A DNA stretch of 64,000 nt from Eledone cirrhosa (Eukaryota): contig OZ024744.1 in assembly GCA_964016885.1 (NCBI GenBank), positions 24,242,001 to 24,306,000 on the forward strand, written 5' to 3'. The notes beneath the pieces are model-generated. The model had not been told where the DNA came from. It saw nothing but the letters and a program-made list of their open reading frames with translations, and ran no database searches. Positions 56,431 through 64,000 of the stretch are shown in pieces. Within the stretch, counting starts at the first letter, position 1. Each line of letters begins with the position of its first letter. The translations under genes were made by a program, and so were the position numbers.

Positions 56431-59400
56431 TGAATCTTAAGATAAAACTCGTTTTAACAACAGTTGAATCTTAAGAACTGACTCGTTTTAACAACAGTTG
56501 AATCTTAAGATAAACTCGTTTTAACAACAGTTGAATTTTAAGAACTGACTCGTTTTAACAACAGCTGCATCTTAAGATAAAACTCGTATTAACAACAGTT
56601 GAATCATAAGAACTGACTCGTTTTAACAACAGTTGAATCTTAAGAACTGACTCGTTTTATAAACAGTTCAACCTTAAGAACTGACTCGTTTTAACAACAG
56701 TTGAATCTTAAAAACTGACTCGTTTTAACCGCAGCTGAATCTTATAATACAACTCTTTTTAACAACAGTTGAATCTTCAGATAAAACTCGTTTTAACAAC
56801 AGATGATTCTCAAGAACTGACTCGTTTTAACAACAGTTGAATCTTAAGATAAAACTCGTTTTAGCAACAGTTGAATCTTAAGAACTGACTCGTAATTACA
56901 ACAATTGAATCTTAAGATAACATTCGTTTTAACAACAGTTGCGTCTTAAGAACTGACTCGTTTTAACGACAGTTGAATCTTAAGATAAACCTCGTTTTAA
57001 CAACGGTTGAATCTTAAGAACTGACTCGTTTTATCAACAGTTCAACCTTAAGAACTGACTCATTTTAACAACAGTTAAATCTTCAAATAAAACCCGTTTT
57101 AACAACAGTTGAATGTTAAGAACTGATTCGTTTTAACAACAGCTGAATCTTAAGAACTGACTCGTTTTAACAACAGTTGAATCTTAAGATAAAATTCGTT
57201 TTAACAACAGTTGAATCTTAAGAACTGATTCGTTTTAACAACAGTTCAAACTTAAGAACTGACTCGTTTTAACAACAGTTGAATCTTAAGATAAAACTCG
57301 TTTTAACAACAGTTGAATCTTAAGAACTGACTCGTTTTAATAACAGTTGAATCTTAAGATAAAACTCGTTTTAACAACAGTTGAATCTTAAAAACTGACT
57401 CGTTTTAACAAGAGCTGAATTTTAAGATAAAACTCGTTTTAACAACAGTTGAATCTTAAGAACTGACTCGTTTTATCAACAGTTCAACCTTAAGAACTGA
57501 CTCGTTTTAACAACAGTTGAATCTTCAAATAAAACTCGTTTTAACAACAGTTGAATCTTAAGAACTGACTCGTTTTAACAACAGTTGAATCTTAAGATAA
57601 AACTCGTTTTAACAACAGCTGAATCTTAAGATTAAACTCATTTTAACAACAGTTGAATCTCAAGACAAAACCCGTTTTAACAACAGTTGAATCTTAAGAA
57701 CTGACTCGTTTTAACAACAGTTGAATCTTAAGAACTGACTCGTTTTAACAACAACTGAATCTTAAGATAAAACTCGTTTTAACAACAGTTGAATCTTAAG
57801 AACTGACTCGTTTTAATAACAGTTGAATCTTAAGATAAAACTCGTTTTAACAACAGTTGAATCTTAAAAACTGACTCGTTTTAACAACAGCTGAATTTTA
57901 AGATAAAACTCGTTTTAACAACAGTTGAATCTTAAGAACTGTCTCGTTTTAACAACAGTTGAATCTTAAGATAAACCTCGTTTTAACAACAGTTGAATCT
58001 TAACAACTGACTCGTTTTAACAACAGTTGAATCTGAAGACAAAACACGTTTTAACAACAGTTGAATCTTAAGAACTGACTCGTTTTAACAACAGTTGAAT
58101 CTTAAGATAAAACTCGTTTTAACAACAGTTGAATCTTAAGAACTGACTCGTTTTAACAACAGTTGAATCTTAAGATAAACTCGTTTTAACAACAGTTGAA
58201 TTTTAAGAACTGACTCGTTTTAACAACAGCTGCATCTTAAGATAAAACTCGTATTAACAACAGTTGAATCATAAGAACTGACTCGTTTTAACAACAGTTG
58301 AATCTTAAGAACTGACTCGTTTTATAAACAGTTCAACCTTAAGAACTGACTCGTTTTAACAACAGTTGAATCTTAAAAACTGACTCGTTTTAACCGCAGC
58401 TGAATCTTATAATACAACTCTTTTTAACAACAGTTGAATCTTCAGATAAAACTCGTTTTAACAACAGATGATTCTCAAGAACTGACTCGTTTTAACAACA
58501 GTTGAATCTTAAGATAAAACTCGTTTTAGCAACAGTTGAATCTTAAGAACTGACTCGTAATAACAACAATTGAATCTTAAGATAACATTCGTTTTAACAA
58601 CAGTTGCGTCTTAAGAACTGACTCGTTTTAACGACAGTTGAATCTTAAGATAAACCTCGTTTTAACAACGGTTGAATCTTAAGAACTGACTCGTTTTATC
58701 AACAGTTCAACCTTAAGAACTGACTCATTTTAACAACAGTTAAATCTTCAAATAAAACCCGTTTTAACAACAGTTGAATGTTAAGAACTGATTCGTTTTA
58801 ACAACAGCTGAATCTTAAGAACTGACTCGTTTTAACAACAGTTGAATCTTAAGATAAAATTCGTTTTAACAACAGTTGAATCTTAAGAACTGATTCGTTT
58901 TAACAACAGTTCAAACTTAAGAACTGACTCGTTTTAACAACAGTTGAATCTTAAGATAAAACTCGTTTTAACAACAGTTGAATCTTAAGAACTGACTCGT
59001 TTTAATAACAGTTGAATCTTAAGATAAAACTCGTTTTAACAACAGTTGAATCTTAAAAACTGACTCGTTTTAACAAGACCTGAATTTTAAGATAAAACTC
59101 GTTTTAACAACAGTTGAATCTTAAGAACTGACTCGTTTTATCAACAGTTCAACCTTAAGAACTGACTCGTTTTAACAACAGTTGAATCTTCAAATAAAAC
59201 TCGTTTTAACAACAGTTGAATCTTAAGAACTGACTCGTTTTAACAACAGTTGAATCTTAAGATAAAACTCGTTTTAACAACAGCTGAATCTTAAGATTAA
59301 ACTCATTTTAACAACAGTTGAATCTCAAGACAAAACCCGTTTTAACAACAGTTGAATCTTAAGAACTGACTCGTTTTAACAACAGTTGAATCTTAAGAAC

Positions 59401-60640
59401 TGACTCGTTTTAACAACAACTGAATCTTAAGATAAAACTCGTTTTAACAACAGTTGAATCTTAAGAACTGACTCGTTTTAATAACAGTTGAATCTTAAGA
59501 TAAAACTCGTTTTAACAACAGTTGAATCTTAAAAACTGACTCGTTTTAACAACAGCTGAATTTTAAGATAAAACTCGTTTTAACAACAGTTGAATCTTAA
59601 GAACTGTCTCGTTTTAACAACAGTTGAATCTTAAGATAAACCTCGTTTTAACAACAGTTGAATCTTAACAACTGACTCGTTTTAACAACAGTTGAATCTG
59701 AAGACAAAACACGTTTTAACAACAGTTGAATCTTAAGAACTGACTCGTTTTAACAACAGTTGAATCTTAAGATAAAACTCGTTTTAACAACAGTTGAATC
59801 TTAAGAACTGACTCGTTTTAACAACAGTTGAATCTTAAGATAAACTCGTTTTAACAACAGTTGAATTTTAAGAACTGACTCGTTTTAACAACAGCTGCAT
59901 CTTAAGATAAAACTCGTATTAACAACAGTTGAATCATAAGAACTGACTCGTTTTAACAACAGTTGAATCTTAAGAACTGACTCGTTTTATAAACAGTTCA
60001 ACCTTAAGAACTGACTCGTTTTAACAACAGTTGAATCTTAAAAACTGACTCGTTTTAACCGCAGCTGAATCTTATAATACAACTCTTTTTAACAACAGTT
60101 GAATCTTCAGATAAAACTCGTTTTAACAACAGATGATTCTCAAGAACTGACTCGTTTTAACAACAGTTGAATCTTAAGATAAAACTCGTTTTAGCAACAG
60201 TTGAATCTTAAGAACTGACTCGTAATAACAACAATTGAATCTTAAGATAACATTCGTTTTAACAACAGTTGCGTCTTAAGAACTGACTCGTTTTAACGAC
60301 AGTTGAATCTTAAGATAAACCTCGTTTTAACAACGGTTGAATCTTAAGAACTGACTCGTTTTATCAACAGTTCAACCTTAAGAACTGACTCATTTTAACA
60401 ACAGTTAAATCTTCAAATAAAACCCGTTTTAACAACAGTTGAATGTTAAGAACTGATTCGTTTTAACAACAGCTGAATCTTAAGAACTGACTCGTTTTAA
60501 CAACAGTTGAATCTTAAGATAAAATTCGTTTTAACAACAGTTGAATCTTAAGAACTGATTCGTTTTAACAACAGTTCAAACTTAAGAACTGACTCGTTTT
60601 AACAACAGTTGAATCTTAAGATAAAACTCGTTTTAACAAC
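56430..60640. repeat. 49-mer (1,665 bp) local HOR, about 2.5 copies
   Basis: CCGC at 56729, 58394, 60059 (1665, 1665 = 49 x 34 - 1); TCTCAAGACA at 57658 and 59323; CTGAAGACAAAACACG and ACAAGA(G/C)CTG each occur twice at the same offset. Confidence 0.9.
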
Positions 60641-63600
60641 AGTTGAATCTTAAGAACTGTCTCGTTTTAACAACAGTTGAATCTTAAGAACTGACTCGTT
60701 TTAACAACAGTTGAATCTTAAGATAAAACTCGTTTTAACAACAGTTGAATCTTAAGAACTGACTCGTTTTAACAACAGTTGAATCTTAAGATAAAACTCG
60801 TTTTAACAACAGTTGAATCTTAAGAACTGACTCGTTTTAACAACAGTTGAATATTAAGAACTGATTCGTTTTAACAGCAGTTGAATCTTAATATAAAACT
60901 CGTTTTAACAACAGTTGAATCTTAAGATAAACCTCGTTTTAACAACGGTTGAATCTTAAGAACTGACTCGTTTTATCAACAGTTCAACCTTAAGAACTGA
61001 CTCATTTTAACAACAGTTGAATCTTCAAATAAAACTCGTTTTAACAACAGTTGAATGTTAAGAACTGATTCGTTTTAACAACAGCTGAATCTTAAGATAA
61101 ACTCGTTTTAACAACAGTTGAATCTTAAGATAAACCTCGTTTTAACAACAGTTTAATCTTAAGAACTGACTCGTTTTAACAACAGTTGAATCTTAAGATA
61201 AAATTCGTTTTAACAACAGTTGAATCTTAAGAACTGATTCGTTTTAACAACAGTTCAAACTTAAGAACTGACTCGTTTTAACAACAGTTGAATCTTAAGA
61301 ACTGTCTCGTTTTAACAACAGTTGAATCTTAAGAACTTACTCGTTTTAACAACAGTTGAATCTTATGATAAAACTCATTTTAACAACAGTTGATTCTTAA
61401 GATAAAACTCGTTTTAACAACAGTTGAATCTTAAGAACTGACTCGTTTTAACAACAGTTGAATCTTAAGATAAAACTCGTTTTAACAGCAGTTGAATCTT
61501 AAGAACTGACTCGTTTTAACAACAGTTGAATCTTAAGAACTGACTCGTTTTATAAACAGTTCAACCTTAAGAACTGACTCGTTTTAACAACAGTTGAATA
61601 TTAAGAACTGATTCGTTTTAACAGCAGTTGAATCTTAATATAAAACTCGTTTTAACAACAGTTGAATCTTAAGATAAAACTAGTTTTAACAACAGTTGAA
61701 TCTTAAGAACTGACTCGTTTTAATAACAGTTGAATCTTAAGATAGAACTCGTTTTAACAACAGTTGAATCTTAAGAACTGACTCGTTTTAACAACAGCTG
61801 AATTTTAAGATAAAACTCGTTTTAACAACAGTTGAATCTTAATAACTGACTTGTTTTATCAACAGTTCAACCTTAAGAACTGACTCATTTTAACAACAGT
61901 TGAATCTTCAAATAAAACTCGTTTTAACAACAGTTGAATGTTAAGAACTGAATCGTTTTAACAACAGCTGAATCTTAAGAGAAACTCGTTTTAACAACAG
62001 TTGAATCTTAAGATAAAATCCGTTTTAACAATAGTTGAATCTTAAGAACTGATTCGTTTTAACAACAGTTCAAACTTAAGAACTGACTCGTTTTAACAAC
62101 AGCTGAATCTTAAGATGAAACTCGTTTTAACAACAGTTGAATCTTAAGAACTGACTCATTTTAACAACAGTTGAATCTTAAGATAAAATTTCATTTTAAC
62201 AACAGTTGAATCTTGAAATAAAACTCGTTTTAACAACAGTTGAATCTTAAGAACTGACTCGTTTTAACAACAGTTGAATCTTAAGAACTGACTCGTTTTA
62301 ACAACAATTCAACCTTAAGAACTGACTCGTTTTAACAACAGTTGAATCTTAAGAACTGACTCGTTTTAACAACAGTTGAATCTTCAAATAAAACTCGTTT
62401 TAACAACAGTTGAATCTTAAGAACTGACTCGTTTTAACAACAGTTGAGTCTTAAGATAAAACTCGTTTTAACAACAGTTGAATCTTAAGAACTGACTCGT
62501 TTTAACAACAGCTGAATCTTAAGATAAAACTCGTTTTAACAACAGTTGAATCTTAAGAACTGACTCGTTTTAACAACAGTTCAACCTTAAGAACTGACTC
62601 GTTTTAACAACTGTTGAATCTTCAAATAAAACTCGTTTTAACAACAGTTGAATCTTAAGAATTGACTCGTTTTAACAACAATTAAATCTTAAGAACTGAT
62701 TCGTTTTAACAAAAGTTGAGTCTTAAGATAAAACTCGTTTTAACAACAGTTGAATCTTAAGTACTGACTCGTTTTAACAACAGTTGAATCTTAAGATAAA
62801 ATTCGTTTTAACAACAGTTGAATCTTAAGAACTGATTCGTTTTAACAACAGTTCAAACTTAAGAACAGACTCGTATTAACAACAGTTGAATCTTATTATA
62901 AAACTCATTTTAACAACAGTTCAACCTTAAGAACTGACTCGTTTTAACAACAGTTGAATCTTCAAGTAAACCTCGTTTTAACAACAGTTGCATCTTAAGA
63001 ACTGGCTCGTTTAAACAACAGTTGAATCTTAAGATAAAACTCGTTTTAACAACAGTTGAATCTTAAGAACTGACTCGTTTTAACAACAGTTGAATCTTCA
63101 AATAAAACTCGTTTTAACAACAGTTGAATCTTAAGAACTGACTCGTTTTAACAACAGTTGAATCTTAAGATAAAACTCGTTTTAACAACAGTTGAATCTT
63201 AAGAACTAATTCGTTTTAACAACAGTTCAAACTTAAGAACAGACTCGTATTAACAACAGTTGAATCTTATTATAAAACTCATTTTAACAAAAGTTCAACC
63301 TTAAGAACTGACTCGTTTTAACAACAGTTGAATCTTCAAATAAACCTCGTTTTAACAACAGTTGCATCTTAAGAACTGGCTCGTTTAAACAACAGTTGAA
63401 TCTTAAGATAAAACTCGTTTTAACAACAGTTGAATCTTAAGAACTGACTCGTTTTAACAACAGTTGAATCTTCAAATAAAACTCGTTTTAACAACAGTTG
63501 AATCTTAAGAACTGACTCGTTTTAACAGCAGTCCAACCTTAAGAACTGACTCGTTTTAACAACAGTTGAATCTTCAAATAAAACTCGTTTTAACAACAGT

Positions 63601-64000
63601 TGAATCTTAAGAATTGACTCGTTTTAACAACAGTTGAATCTTAAGACAAAACCCGTTTTAACAACAGTTGAATCTTAAGAACTGACTCGTTTTAACAACA
63701 GTTGAATCTTAAGATAAAACTCGTTTTAACAACAGTTGAATCTTAAGAACTGACTCGTTTTAACAACAGTTGAATCTTAAGATAAACTCGTTTTAACAAC
63801 AGTTGAATTTTAAGAACTGACTCGTTTTAACAACAGCTGCATCTTAAGATAAAACTCGTATTAACAACAGTTGAATCATAAGAACTGACTCGTTTTAACA
63901 ACGGTTGAATCTTAAGAACTGACTCGTTTTATAAACAGTTCAACCTTAAGAACTGACTCGTTTTAACAACAGTTGAATCTTAAAAACTGACTCGTTTTAA
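60640..64000. repeat. Resumption of the domain II HOR
   Basis: Same ordered alleles as in 26-29.5 kb: GAACTTACTC, GATAGAACTC, AAAATTTCATTTT, CAAAAGTTGAGTC, GTCCAACC (63531), GAATCATAAG. Confidence 0.85.

Larger units (their letters stand above)
1..64000. repeat. 34-bp tandem satellite array, about 1,880 head-to-tail monomers; consensus GTTTTAACAACAGTTGAATCTTAAGA(ACTG|TAAA)ACTC
   Basis: Core TTTTAACAACAGTTGAATCTTAAGA recurs every 34 bp from first to last line; 64000/34 is about 1,880. Rows at 1681 and 2701 are identical (1,020 bp = 30 x 34). No non-repeat sequence or strand switch seen. Confidence 0.99.

Noticed and set aside
1-64000. CRISPR array: type B reads GTTTTA...GTTGAAT...TAAAAC, resembling the GTTTTA...AAAAC ends of type II-A repeats
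   Set aside because: Monomers abut with only TC between these ends. There are no unique 25-45 bp spacers, leader or cas genes, the variable part is a few recurring bases, and nested HORs indicate satellite evolution.
1-64000. piggyBac or MITE elements suggested by TTAA sites and short inverted ends
   Set aside because: TTAA is part of the monomer; no element body, long terminal inverted repeats or transposase. A remote transposon origin cannot be tested here.
1-64000. Telomerase-type telomeric repeat
   Set aside because: No G-rich strand or recognisable telomere motif, and kilobase-scale ordered variant patterns imply recombinational copying rather than template addition. A subtelomeric location is not excluded.
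1-64000. Sequencing or rolling-circle concatemer artefact
   Set aside because: Variants recur in ordered, nested, hierarchically shared patterns rather than as random errors. Local copy-number misassembly remains possible.
1-64000. Bacterial iteron, origin or CcrM (GANTC) methylation array
   Set aside because: No rep gene or any coding sequence, and the scale far exceeds known iteron arrays; GANTC density simply follows from the monomer sequence.

Overview
The whole 64 kb window is one uninterrupted, single-orientation, AT-rich (about 30% GC) tandem array of a 34-bp monomer, roughly 1,880 copies, running off both ends. Two main monomer types share a core and differ in a 4-bp block: type A GTTTTAACAACAGTTGAATCTTAAGAACTGACTC and type B GTTTTAACAACAGTTGAATCTTAAGATAAAACTC. 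Often, but not strictly, they alternate. Rare variant monomers used as landmarks show nested higher-order repeats (HORs): an 11-mer module (374 bp), a 70-mer HOR domain (2,379 bp, about 1-18.6 kb), a 117-mer HOR domain (3,976 bp, about 22.7-52.4 kb and 60.6-64 kb), a 49-mer block (1,665 bp, about 56.4-60.6 kb), and larger 7.4-9.5 kb duplications. The monomer has two TTAA sites exactly 17 bp apart, and type B is a degenerate inverted dimer of a 17-bp arm. I found no genes, RNA genes, transposons, unique spacers or CRISPR array; the single ORF is a chance product. The best reading is eukaryotic-style satellite DNA, possibly centromeric or pericentromeric. I do not recognise the family or organism, and function cannot be determined from sequence alone. 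All spacings were counted by hand and domain borders are approximate (a few monomers).
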